This document shows positions 19,219-28,731 of a stretch of 64,000 nt of DNA, piece by piece. Every line of letters begins with the position of its first letter. Within the stretch, counting starts at the first letter, position 1. The DNA comes from an uncultured Chloroflexia bacterium. Lineage in GTDB: Bacteria; Chloroflexota; Limnocylindria; Limnocylindrales; CSP1-4. The DNA is taken from assembly GCA_963813535.1 (NCBI GenBank), contig CAWEZH010000002.1:896001-960000 (forward strand), given 5' to 3'. Both the position numbers and the translations under genes were made by a program. The notes under the pieces are model-generated. The model saw only the letters and a program-made list of their open reading frames with translations, was not told the origin of the DNA and did not search any database.

Positions 19219-19358
19219 CGGACGACTCCTTTCGGCGGCCCGTGGTCCGCGAGCAGGGCTCAAGGAGATCGTCGAGCGCGGTCAACGCGATGGGAGGTGG
19301 ACTCGGTCCTGTCCGCGGACCCGGCGGCGCCCTCCCGAACGCCGGGCCGATCCTACCA
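19219..19358 (-). promoter_or_regulatory. Extended -10 promoter (TGgTAGGAT) and structured 5' leader RNA candidate
   Basis: 5' hairpin GGCGUUC-GGGA-GGGCGCC (19343-19326); long stem 19321-19308 / 19257-19244; inner CGCG-UUGAC-CGCG hairpin. Confidence 0.6.
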
Positions 19359-19373
19359 CTGGGCGGACGGGCC

Positions 19374-21689
19374 TCAGCGCCGCCTCACGCCGCGCCGCCG
19401 GCGCCGGCGCGGGATCAACCGCAGCAGTTGGACGCGAAGCCGTCGGTGAGCATGGCGGAGGGAGGCGAGCTGCTCGTCGGGCAGCAGGCGTCCGCCGTAG
19501 GCCACGTCGACCTTGGCCTGGGCCACGGTCTCGAGCTCGGGCCGGACCATGGGTAGCTCATCGGCCAGCGCGCCCGCGTACTCGTACACGGTCTGGGTGG
19601 GGCGCGGCCCGAACCCGAGGCGGCTGGCCAACCGGGCGACCGAGCCATAGGCGTCGTCCGCCGAGATGGGTCCGCGCGGCCCACGGCGCCAGGCGACGGC
19701 CGCCAACGAACCGACGATGACAGCCAGCATGATCGTGATCCCGATGAACAGACCGATCGGCGCCTGGTTCTGCGGCCTCGGGCCGACGGAGCCACCTGGG
19801 CCCGCGTCGGCTTCGTCGCGCGGGATGGTCGGGATCGCGGCCCCGGCGGCGCTGCCCGACGGGCCGGGCGAGCCACTCGCGACCGGCTCGCCCGACGGGA
19901 TCGGCGCCAGCTCAGGCCGCGCCGGTCCACCCGTGGGATCGAAGTCGATCCAGCCGTAGCCCGGGAAGTAGGCCTGGACCCACGCATGGGCGTCCGCACT
20001 CTTGACGGTCCGGCCGTTCCCGATCGGGTCGGGTGTGCCGGGCAAGAAACCCTCGACGAAGCGCGCCGGGATGCCGAGTTCGCGCAGGAAGACCGTCATC
20101 GTCGAGGCGTAGTACTGGCAGAAGCCGGCGCGCGTCTGGACGAAGCACTCGACGATAGACGCGTCGTTGCATTGCCGGGCCTCGTCGGTCAGGTCGGTGT
20201 CGTAGGTGAACTCGCTCGGATCGCGAAGGGTCGTCTCGATCGTGTCCGCAAGGTCGTACGGGTTGTCGCTGGGCGCGGCGGCCTGGATCTCCGCCAGGAG
20301 CGCGCGCGCCGCCGGACCGAGGGCGCCTTCGGGCAGCGCCGCCTTGCCATAGAGCGCCTCGACAGCGGCGGGATAGTCCCGCCCGGCTGCCCGCAGACGT
20401 TCCTGCGTCCAGCCGCCTTGGGCCTCCGACGCGCGGACGAGCGCCGTCACCGTGTAGGTCGCGTCGCTCGCGTCGCGCACGATCCCGCTCAGGAACCCGG
20501 CATCACCGGTGAGGTGCAGCCGCGTCGTCGAGCTGAAGGAGGTCGGCGGACCGGGCACGAAGACCTCCCGCCGCGAATAGGCCGGGCTGATCGTGACAGC
20601 GAGCGACCGCCGCCCATCCGCGGTGACCGCCTCGGCGGTGTCGGCGAGGACGTCGCTGCCTGCTTCACGGACGACCTCGGGACCCTCCGCCCGCCGCCAG
20701 CCTCGGAGCTGGAACGCGTCGTAATAGACCGCGGCGAGGAACGGCGGCGATGGCTCGCCCGACGGGAACTCGACATGGAGCTGCGTCTGGTCGCCGGTCG
20801 ACCAGACGTTCTGGATCACCGACGAGTCGCCGAACGTCGGGCCGAACGATCGACCCGAACGCGACGCCGGCAGGAAGCGCTCGAGGAACTGGCCCCACTC
20901 CACGACGCGGGCCCCGACGTCGGTCCACGCTCCCGCAAGTGGCGCGGACGACGCGACGCCGGTCAGCAGGAGCGACCCGGTGATGGCCGCGATGATGAAC
21001 ACCGTCCCACCCCGGAGATACAACGCCGAGATCGCGGTCGGATCGCCGATCCGTCGGCGCAACCAATCGGCCTGCTCGTCGAGCGTGTGGAACCGGACGA
21101 GCAGGAACAGACTCGCGATCGAGAAGATCACCAGATAGGTCAGCTGGTCGCGGACGGTCAGGGCCATGTTGGCGAGCAGCAGCAGCCCGATGATCACGAC
21201 GGCATTGATCGGCCGGCGATGGCCGAAGGCGGCGTAGCTCGCGAACTGCGACGACCCCCACGTCACGAGACCCAGCACGAGCAGGTGATGCCCGGAGTAC
21301 TGGGTGAAGAGCAGCCCGGCCAGGGCGAGATCGGACCAGGCGCCGACGACCTCGTCCGTCGTCTTCTGGAAGAGGATCGCCGGTGCGGCGCCGGTGGGAA
21401 TCATCGCCCAGCCGACGAGCAGCGGGACCAGCAGCGCGGCGAAGACCGCTCCGACGAGGTGGGTCGTCCAGCGGCCCCATCCCGCGAGCGGGCCGATGAA
21501 CCCGGCGACGACACCGCCGATGGCCGCCCAGAACAGGAAGTCGGTGAGCTCGTCCCGCCCAAGGACCAGCAGCGCGTCGTCGAGCGACCAGGCGAGCGTC
21601 GCGCAGATGAGCAGGACGAGGCCGACCGTGAACCAGCCGTCGAGCCGACGCAGCGAATACATCAGGTCACGTCCGTCGCGGGTGGTCAT
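19374..21689 (-). CDS. Membrane transglutaminase-like protein (TgpA/DUF3488 + DUF4129)
   Basis: Multiple N-terminal TMs; GFCQYYAS, DAHAWVQAYFPGYGWIDFDPT (Cys-His-Asp); TVYEYA. Confidence 0.9.
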   Translation of the reverse strand: MTTRDGRDLMYSLRRLDGWFTVGLVLLICATLAWSLDDALLVLGRDELTDFLFWAAIGGVVAGFIGPLAGWGRWTTHLVGAVFAALLVPLLVGWAMIPTGAAPAILFQKTTDEVVGAWSDLALAGLLFTQYSGHHLLVLGLVTWGSSQFASYAAFGHRRPINAVVIIGLLLLANMALTVRDQLTYLVIFSIASLFLLVRFHTLDEQADWLRRRIGDPTAISALYLRGGTVFIIAAITGSLLLTGVASSAPLAGAWTDVGARVVEWGQFLERFLPASRSGRSFGPTFGDSSVIQNVWSTGDQTQLHVEFPSGEPSPPFLAAVYYDAFQLRGWRRAEGPEVVREAGSDVLADTAEAVTADGRRSLAVTISPAYSRREVFVPGPPTSFSSTTRLHLTGDAGFLSGIVRDASDATYTVTALVRASEAQGGWTQERLRAAGRDYPAAVEALYGKAALPEGALGPAARALLAEIQAAAPSDNPYDLADTIETTLRDPSEFTYDTDLTDEARQCNDASIVECFVQTRAGFCQYYASTMTVFLRELGIPARFVEGFLPGTPDPIGNGRTVKSADAHAWVQAYFPGYGWIDFDPTGGPARPELAPIPSGEPVASGSPGPSGSAAGAAIPTIPRDEADAGPGGSVGPRPQNQAPIGLFIGITIMLAVIVGSLAAVAWRRGPRGPISADDAYGSVARLASRLGFGPRPTQTVYEYAGALADELPMVRPELETVAQAKVDVAYGGRLLPDEQLASLRHAHRRLRVQLLRLIPRRRRRRGVRRR

Positions 21690-22942
21690 GAGACCAGGAT
21701 CTCGCCGAGCGGCCTATTGGGCCGGAGGGTGTGCGCCGCGAGCTCGTATTCGGCGAGCGCGTGGTTAAGGGCTCGTCGCCGCTTCGCGACGGCTTCATCG
21801 GCGACCGGATCGGCGTGCAGCTGGACGCCCGTGACCTCCGCCCGTGCCTCCGCCTCCGCCTGTGCATATGCGGCAGCGTCGGCGAGGACGACGACGCAAC
21901 CGATGCCCCGTGTGCGCAGGGACGCGAGCGGCCGGATCCACGATGGATCGCTCGATGCGGTGATGACCACGGCCGTCATCCCGCGCCGGAGTCGGCCGAC
22001 CGACGCGATCAGGGTCTCGACGAGCGCGGTGCTCGAATCGGCGTCCACCGCGGCGAGGAGCTGCATCACCTTCTGGTGCTGGCGACCGCCGCGGTCTGCG
22101 GGGAGGTAGGCGGTCCGGCCGGCGTTGACGGTCATGCCGACCGCGCGGTTCTCGGTGAGCGCCTTGTCGGCGATCGACGCAGCGGCGCGGATCATCGCCT
22201 CCGTGGTCGATTCCTCACCACGGCCGGCCTGGATGCCGCGCTGGAGGTCGAGGATGAGCCACGCGTCGGCGGTCTGCTCGAGGTCGAATTCCTTCACCTG
22301 GATGTCGCCATGACGGGCGGTCGACTTCCAGTGGATGCGGTTCATGCTGTCGCCCGGCGCGTAGGGCCGGACCGTCGTCGCCAGCGGGGTCGTCTGGAGC
22401 GTTCGCTCCGGCGAGGCGTGACTGCCCTCGAGGCTGGCGGCCGGCAGACGCCACATCGGCAGCGGCTCGAGGCGCGGGTAGACGACGACGCTGATCCCCT
22501 GCCCCACCGTCGCGGCCGCCTCGAAGAACCCGAACGGATCGGCGGTCCGGATGTGCAGCGGCTCGATCCGGAAGTGGCCGCGCCGGGTGAGCGGCGCACG
22601 GATGAGCCAGGACCGCTCCGCTCGACCGCCAAGGGTGATCGCCCGGCCCGGCAATCCGCCGGGGAGCGTCGTCGGGTTATGGATCTCGAGCCACGGCTTG
22701 GGGAAGCGACTGCTGTTGCGCAGCGTGTACGTGACCCGCATGCGGTCGCCGACGTGGCCGTGCAGCTGACTGACGGCGTACCCCGCCTCGAGCTCCGACA
22801 ACCCAAGCCGGACCAGCACGTACGACCCGCCGACCACGAGGATGCCGAGGTACAGGAGGTAGAACAGGAAGTCGTACCCGGTCGAGAACGCCGCGACAAC
22901 GAGGATCGTGCCCAGGGCGATGGCCTGGAGTCTCCGGAACAT
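21686..22942 (-). CDS. DUF58 domain protein
   Basis: VRPYAPGDSMNRIHWKSTAR..VKEFD. Confidence 0.92.
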   Translation of the reverse strand: MFRRLQAIALGTILVVAAFSTGYDFLFYLLYLGILVVGGSYVLVRLGLSELEAGYAVSQLHGHVGDRMRVTYTLRNSSRFPKPWLEIHNPTTLPGGLPGRAITLGGRAERSWLIRAPLTRRGHFRIEPLHIRTADPFGFFEAAATVGQGISVVVYPRLEPLPMWRLPAASLEGSHASPERTLQTTPLATTVRPYAPGDSMNRIHWKSTARHGDIQVKEFDLEQTADAWLILDLQRGIQAGRGEESTTEAMIRAAASIADKALTENRAVGMTVNAGRTAYLPADRGGRQHQKVMQLLAAVDADSSTALVETLIASVGRLRRGMTAVVITASSDPSWIRPLASLRTRGIGCVVVLADAAAYAQAEAEARAEVTGVQLHADPVADEAVAKRRRALNHALAEYELAAHTLRPNRPLGEILVS

Positions 22943-22975
22943 CGGTCGACCGGATGAACGCCGGGTGCCGGAGCG

Positions 22976-23983
22976 CTAGGCGCTCGGGCCGGTCTTGACG
23001 CCCGGCGTCGTCGGACGGATCTCCGTCGGGCCGCCACCCGTCGGACGGATGCCGTCGATCGGTGTGGTGTCGAGGATCTCGCGCACGACTTGCGCCGCCT
23101 GCACGTCGTGGATCGACGAGCTCGTCTTGATGATCAGCCGATGGGCGAGCGCGGACTCGGCGAGCGACTTGATGTCGTCGGGGATGACGTAGTCGCGGCC
23201 GAGCAGGCCCGCCAGCGCCTGGCCCGCGCGGTACAGGGCGATCGAGCCACGCGGCGACGCGCCAAGGTAGACGTCGGGATGGGTGCGCGTCGCGCCGACG
23301 ACGCGGACGATGTAATCGGCCACGGTCGAATCGACATAGATCTCGCGGACGGCGTCCTGCAGACCACGCAGGTCCTCGACCCCGAGGACCTCGTCGAGCT
23401 CCTCGAGCGGGTGCGTCCGCTTCTGCTCGTCGAGGATCACGATCTCCTCGATCGGCTGGGGATAGCCGAGCCGGATCCGCAGCATGAACCGGTCGAGCTG
23501 CGCCTCGGGCAGCGCGAACGTGCCCTCGTACTCGATGGGGTTCTGGGTGGCGATGACCAGGAACGGGTCGGGCATCTGGTGGGTGATGCCGTCGATGGTC
23601 GCCTGCCGCTCCTCCATGCTCTCGAGGAGGCTCGACTGCGTCTTCGGCGTGGCCCGGTTGATCTCGTCGGCGAGGACGACCTGGCTCATGATCGGGCCGG
23701 GCCGGAACTCGAACTCCTGGGTCTTCTGGTTGTAGATCGACAGGCCGGTCACGTCGGACGGGAGCAGGTCAGGCGTGAACTGGATGCGCCGGAACGAGCA
23801 GCCCAGGCTGCGGGCGATCGCCTTCGCGAGGACGGTCTTGCCGGTCCCCGGCACGTCCTCGATGAGGAGATGGCCGCGGCACAGCAGGGCGACGAGCGCG
23901 AGACGGACCTCGTGATGCTTGCCGACGATGACGCGCTCGACATTGGCGAGGACCTTGTCCCCGGTCTCCTGGATCTTCGACAT
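22976..23983 (-). CDS. moxR: MoxR family AAA+ ATPase
   Basis: [56 protein letters not shown]. Confidence 0.95.
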   Translation of the reverse strand: MSKIQETGDKVLANVERVIVGKHHEVRLALVALLCRGHLLIEDVPGTGKTVLAKAIARSLGCSFRRIQFTPDLLPSDVTGLSIYNQKTQEFEFRPGPIMSQVVLADEINRATPKTQSSLLESMEERQATIDGITHQMPDPFLVIATQNPIEYEGTFALPEAQLDRFMLRIRLGYPQPIEEIVILDEQKRTHPLEELDEVLGVEDLRGLQDAVREIYVDSTVADYIVRVVGATRTHPDVYLGASPRGSIALYRAGQALAGLLGRDYVIPDDIKSLAESALAHRLIIKTSSSIHDVQAAQVVREILDTTPIDGIRPTGGGPTEIRPTTPGVKTGPSA

Positions 23984-24180
23984 GAGCCTCTCTCAGAGAA
24001 TGGCGGGTGCGGGGAACCAGCCGTTGATCGGGCACTGGGAACGTGACGAGCCCCTCGGGACGGGAGGTGGTGTCACGGCATAGTACGTCGGCTCCGTGTT
24101 TTCGGTTCCGCGCAGGCAGGGATACACCGCCTCTCCGGATAGGCGTCGACACGTGACGAATCGTTCGATTTCGCCCGCCG

Positions 24181-24414
24181 TCAGCCTCGGAGCAGCGTCA
24201 ATCCGCCGACCCACGCCGTCATGACGCAACCGATGGCGCCCATCGCCGCGAGGAACACCTCCCCACCGACCCACGCGGCGACGGCGACACCGCCGAACGC
24301 GAGCGCCATGACGGCAGCGATCAGGGCCAGTCCGATGCGCTCGATCAGCGGTCGGCGTGGACCTGGCTCGGCCGAATCCGATGGATCCTCGTTCGGTGGC
24401 GCCTCGTCGGTCAC
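24181..24414 (-). CDS. Small 2-TM membrane protein
   Basis: 77 aa, two hydrophobic helices, start overlaps the PBP stop. Confidence 0.7.
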   Translation of the reverse strand: MTDEAPPNEDPSDSAEPGPRRPLIERIGLALIAAVMALAFGGVAVAAWVGGEVFLAAMGAIGCVMTAWVGGLTLLRG

Positions 24415-25904
24415 TGACTGCCCTCGAGGTACGTCGTCATCAGGTCGCCCGCGATCGGCGCGGCCACCTCTGCGCCACGTCCCGCCTGCTCGACCAGGAC
24501 AGCGATCGCGATCGTCGGCGCCTCAGCGGGGGCGAAGCCGATGAACCACGAATGGGGCTCTCCACTGCCACCCAGCTCGGCCGTACCGGACTTGCCCGCT
24601 GTCGTGACGCCGGGCACGCGAGCGCCTGTGGTGAACCGCCGTCCGAGCGGTCCTTCGACCGCCTGGACCATCGCCCGGTTGATCGCCGCCGCATCCGCAG
24701 GGTCGACGACGTGCGCCAGGGTCGACGGTCCGATCTGCCGCGTCCCACCGCGACCGCTCAACGCCGTGACGAGCCGCGGCTTCATGAGGTCGCCGCCATT
24801 CGCCACGGTCGCCGCGACCAGTGCCATCTGGAACGGCGTCACGAAGGTCTCGCCCTGGCCGTAGGCGGCGTTGGCCAGCTCGACATCGTCGACGAAGCCG
24901 CCCGGTGCCGAGCCGGATCCGTTCGTCACCTGCGACGGTGCCGTCGGCAGGTCGAAGGGGATGGGCGCGCCGAAGCCGAGCCGCTCGGCCTGCTGCACGA
25001 GCTGGTCCCCGCCGGTCTCGAGGCCGGTCAGCGCATACCAGATGTTGCAGGACACCTCTGTCGCATCGACGAAGTCGAGGCGCTTGGTCCCGGTCTCTGG
25101 ATGATGGCCGTCGCGGATCCGGAACCCTTCGACCAGCAGGCCGTTCTTCTCGGCAGGCGGCTGCTTCGCATAGGTCGTGTCGGGCGTGATCGCGCCCGAG
25201 CCGAGCCCGGCGATGGCCGTCACGATCTTGAACACCGATCCAGGGACATAGCGACCGAGGGTCGACCGAGGAAGCAGCGGTTCGGCGGGGTCGTCGCGGA
25301 GCGCCTCGAACGCCTGGTCCGAGGTCGACGGATCGGTGATCGCCGAGGCTTCGTACGTCGGCGTTGAGGCGAGCGCGAGGACCTCGCCATTACGCGGGTC
25401 GATCATCACGACCGCGCCTCGACGGTTGCCGAGCGCTCGGACGGCGGCGCGCTGCAGGTCCCACGACATCGCGAGGTGGAGGTCCTTCGGGTCGTACGGG
25501 TTCGTCCCGAACTTGCGCAGCGCATCGGCGAGCGGGTCGCCGGCCAGGCCTGCCAACTCGGCGTCGTAGGCGAGTTCCAGCCCCGCCCGGCCATACCGGG
25601 GCGAGGCGTAGCCGACGACGTGGCTGATCTCGGGTCCGCTGTAGCGCCGGTACAACTCCCCGTTGGCGTCCTCCTCGTTGTGGGTCAACACGTTGCCCTC
25701 GCGATCGATGATCGCGCCGCGCGGCACGGTCCGGCTGGCGGCGATGACCGCTGGGTCGTACGGCGACCGGGACAACTCCGACGAGCGGATGACCGCCCAG
25801 TACCCGCCGGCGCCGGCCAGGATGCCGAACGCCAGCGCGAGCACGATCGCCACGTGGACGATCGTCCGTCCCAGGGGTCGGCGGCGGGTCGAGGTCGCCA
25901 GCAT
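24411..25904 (-). CDS. pbpA: Class B penicillin-binding protein (PbpA-like transpeptidase)
   Basis: PRGAIIDR, GSVFK (SxxK), SCN (SxN), KSG; ATG overlaps the rodA TGA. Confidence 0.9.
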   Translation of the reverse strand: MLATSTRRRPLGRTIVHVAIVLALAFGILAGAGGYWAVIRSSELSRSPYDPAVIAASRTVPRGAIIDREGNVLTHNEEDANGELYRRYSGPEISHVVGYASPRYGRAGLELAYDAELAGLAGDPLADALRKFGTNPYDPKDLHLAMSWDLQRAAVRALGNRRGAVVMIDPRNGEVLALASTPTYEASAITDPSTSDQAFEALRDDPAEPLLPRSTLGRYVPGSVFKIVTAIAGLGSGAITPDTTYAKQPPAEKNGLLVEGFRIRDGHHPETGTKRLDFVDATEVSCNIWYALTGLETGGDQLVQQAERLGFGAPIPFDLPTAPSQVTNGSGSAPGGFVDDVELANAAYGQGETFVTPFQMALVAATVANGGDLMKPRLVTALSGRGGTRQIGPSTLAHVVDPADAAAINRAMVQAVEGPLGRRFTTGARVPGVTTAGKSGTAELGGSGEPHSWFIGFAPAEAPTIAIAVLVEQAGRGAEVAAPIAGDLMTTYLEGSQ

Positions 25905-27335
25905 CAGGCGACCCGCCGTCGTCGCAGACGGTCGCGCCAGCGTCGGACGCCGGCTGGTGGTGGCGGCGGTTCGACGCCCTTGTCGGACAACGCCAGCAGG
26001 AGCCCGACGACGATGGCGTTCACGAGCAGCGACGACCCACCGTAACTGACGAACGGCAACGTGACACCGGTGAGCGGCAGCACCTTGAGGTTGCCGGCCG
26101 CGATGATGAATGCCTGGACGCCGATGACGAGCGCGAGGCCCGTGGCGAGGATCGCCCGGAAGTCGTCGGCGGCGGACGCTCCGATCCGGAGCCCGCGTTC
26201 GATGACCACGAAGAAGAGGCCAAGGATGGCGATGACGCCCACCAGCCCGAGCTCCTCGCCGAGGGCGGCGAGCGGGAAATCGGTATGGACTTCGGGGATC
26301 GGCAGCCGTCCGCCCACCATCGGTAACCCCTCGCCCAGACCCGTGCCGACCAGGCCGCCCCGCGCGAAGGCATGGAGCGACTGGACGATCTGGTAGCCCG
26401 CCCCGAGCGGATCGGCGAAGGGGTCGAGCCAGATCTCGACACGCGCGCGGACATGCGGGAACAGGTCGGCCACCAGCACGCTGCCGACGACGAACAGGAT
26501 CGCGCCGATGACGACCAGGCTGATCCTGACCGGTCGCCGCGTACACCAGGGCGAGGAACACCGCGAAGAAGAGCAATGCCGCACCGAGGTCGCGCTGGAT
26601 CACGACGATCCCGAGGGCGATCGCCCACATCGCGACCATCGGCGCGAGGTACGGCAAGGGAGGCAGGCGGATGGGTCCGAGCCTCGTGTCCTGCTCGATC
26701 AGGAGGGGCCGGTTCTCGGACAGGTACCCCGCGAGGAACACGACGAGGATGACCTTCAGCAGCTCCGACGGCTGACCGGCGAACGGCCCGATGCGGAGCG
26801 TCAGCCGCTGACCGGCGACGTCGGTGCCGAACACGAAGGTGAGCAGCAGGAGACCGATGCCGACCGCCGCCCACGTGTACTTGTACCGTCGCAGCCAGCT
26901 GTCGGAACGGACCACGATGCCGAGCGTCGTCGCGATGGCGAGCCCGAGCAGCAGCCAGATCAGTTGCACGTCCCCGAGGCCCAGCGTCGAACCGCCAAGG
27001 TCCATCGTCACGAGGTCCTGCGGGAGCCGCTGCATCAGGAGGAGCGAGATGCCGCCGAGCAACCCGACCACGGGGAGCAACACCTCGTCGGACCGTCGAC
27101 CCGCCAGGACCTGTGCGATGTGCGCGACGGCGAGCGCCGCGAGGTAGATCGCCATGCCCTCAGGGGCATACACCGTGAGCCGGCCGGTGAGTCCGGCACC
27201 GAGCGAGATGCTTCCGACGACCAGCGCGATGGCGACGATCCCAAGGAGGCGCGCCTCGGTCCACCTCGCCCGGGGATGGATGTCACCCAGGACACGTGGT
27301 AGCTGGACCGGCGCGGGCCTACTGGCTCCAGTCAC
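25904..27335 (-). CDS. rodA: FtsW/RodA/SpoVE (SEDS) protein with a +1 frameshift near 26528
   Basis: QPSELLK and QRDLGAALLFF in one frame; GYQIVQSL, PEVHTDF, LPLTGVTLPFVSYGGSS in another; junction ACC GGT C AGG ATC. Confidence 0.88.
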
Positions 27336-27772
27336 GCGGAACGTGCTCGCTCAAGGCGCAGGCGGACCTGCCCGATCGATACCTCGTCGCCGTACCCGAG
27401 GGGCGCGACCGATGCGATGGCCCGGCCGTTGAGGAAGGTGCCATTGGTGCTCCCGAGGTCCTCGACGTACCAGCTCCGACCCCGGTACGTGAGCACGGCG
27501 TGATCGGCCGATGCGAACGGGTCTTCGACGACGATCGCGTTGTTGACGTCTCGGCCGAGCGTCGTGATGGCGTCGAGATCGAAGGACCGGCCGGCTTCCG
27601 GGTCGCCGCTCGGGGACTCGACGACGATCAGCCGTCCCAGCGCCGCGCCAGGCTCTCGGGCTGCCGCTCGGAGGTCGCGCAGCAACGACCGGACCACCCG
27701 AGCGAGGAAGATGTACAGCAGGGCCAGGAACAGGAGCCGGACGACCCACACCATCAGGAGCAGGCCGTCCAT
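27332..27772 (-). CDS. FHA domain protein with N-terminal TM (FhaB/FipA-like)
   Basis: LGRD..ASADHA..EDLGSTNGTFLNG. Confidence 0.9.
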   Translation of the reverse strand: MDGLLLMVWVVRLLFLALLYIFLARVVRSLLRDLRAAAREPGAALGRLIVVESPSGDPEAGRSFDLDAITTLGRDVNNAIVVEDPFASADHAVLTYRGRSWYVEDLGSTNGTFLNGRAIASVAPLGYGDEVSIGQVRLRLERARSA

Positions 27773-28557
27773 CAGCTCACGTCCCCGGCGACCTCGACCA
27801 TGATCACGGTGTCACCGAGCTCGATCCGGTCGCCCGCACCGAGGACGAGCTCACCGACCTGCACGCCGTTCACGCGCGAACCGTTGGTGCTGCCGAGATC
27901 GGCGTAGACCAGCGTGCCCCGTCGGCCGGCGATCCTGGCGTGGTGGCGCGATACACGGCTGTCGGACAGCACGAGGTCGTTGTCAGCAGCCCGACCGATG
28001 GTCAGGCCGGACCCGTCGAACTCGTGCACGTGTTCCTGGCCGTCGCGGTCGACGACCCGAAGTCGCGCGGCTGGAGCGGTCGGCCGCGGGACGGTGAACA
28101 CCATCGTGTCGCCGTGGACGGCCACGCTCGGCCCCACATCCTGTCCGCTGTCGCCGACCGGGCTCGGGCTGCCGTGGCTGCCCGCGATCGGATCGGCGAA
28201 CCTGGCCGTGACCCGGATGTCGGTACGCTCCACCGTGGAGTCGCTGAACAGGGTGACGCGCGGTCGATCGACCAGCGTGTAGCGACGAGCCCGGGCGAAC
28301 ACGAGCGCCCCGTCGGCGAGCTCCGACGCAAGGGACGCGGTCATATCCCCGAACCCCTCGAGATCGTCGGGGTTGAGGTGGACGACGAACCGATTCGGGA
28401 CGAGCGTCCGGTCGGCCGTAGCCAGGCGTTCCGCCTCCATCGCCCGCTCGATGCGTCGCTGGAGCTGGACCGGCTGCAGTCGTGCTCGGAACAGGCGTGC
28501 CGATGGACGTTCGAAGAGGCGCTCGAAGAACCGCTCGATGGCGGCGAACGGCGGCAT
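27772..28557 (-). CDS. FhaA-like protein (DUF3662 + FHA)
   Basis: ERFFERLFE..LQPVQL..VPNRFVVHL; IGR..VSRHHA..DLGSTNGS. Confidence 0.9.
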   Translation of the reverse strand: MPPFAAIERFFERLFERPSARLFRARLQPVQLQRRIERAMEAERLATADRTLVPNRFVVHLNPDDLEGFGDMTASLASELADGALVFARARRYTLVDRPRVTLFSDSTVERTDIRVTARFADPIAGSHGSPSPVGDSGQDVGPSVAVHGDTMVFTVPRPTAPAARLRVVDRDGQEHVHEFDGSGLTIGRAADNDLVLSDSRVSRHHARIAGRRGTLVYADLGSTNGSRVNGVQVGELVLGAGDRIELGDTVIMVEVAGDVS

Positions 28558-28731
28558 GGTCGGTCGCAGACTAGCAGAGGGTCACCGAGCGGCCCTTCGA
28601 GCGGGGACCGGACCATCCGCGCGTGCTCTGGGGTACCCCCGGTGGAGGGGCGTCAAGGGCCCTGGGCTATACTCTCGCCCCGTTCGAACCCCGTGTCCGA
28701 GCCTTGTCCAGCGCGCACATCCCGGGGACTG

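Noticed and set aside
19986-22109. Long antisense or alternate-frame ORFs (also 47851-49623, 54805-56838, 31224-32900 and many others)
   Set aside because: Shadows of high-GC3 genes; Arg/Gly-rich with no motifs or RBS
23984-24180. Possible riboswitch upstream of moxR
   Set aside because: No recognisable aptamer or convincing nested stems; probably just a promoter region
24411-27335. 974-aa RodA-PBP fusion ORF
   Set aside because: The middle segment is out-of-frame nonsense; the true RodA C-terminus is in another frame and pbpA has its own coupled ATG
27940-28731. N-terminal extension of the 915-aa ORF
   Set aside because: Antisense to fhaA; protein-like sequence begins at ATG 28732
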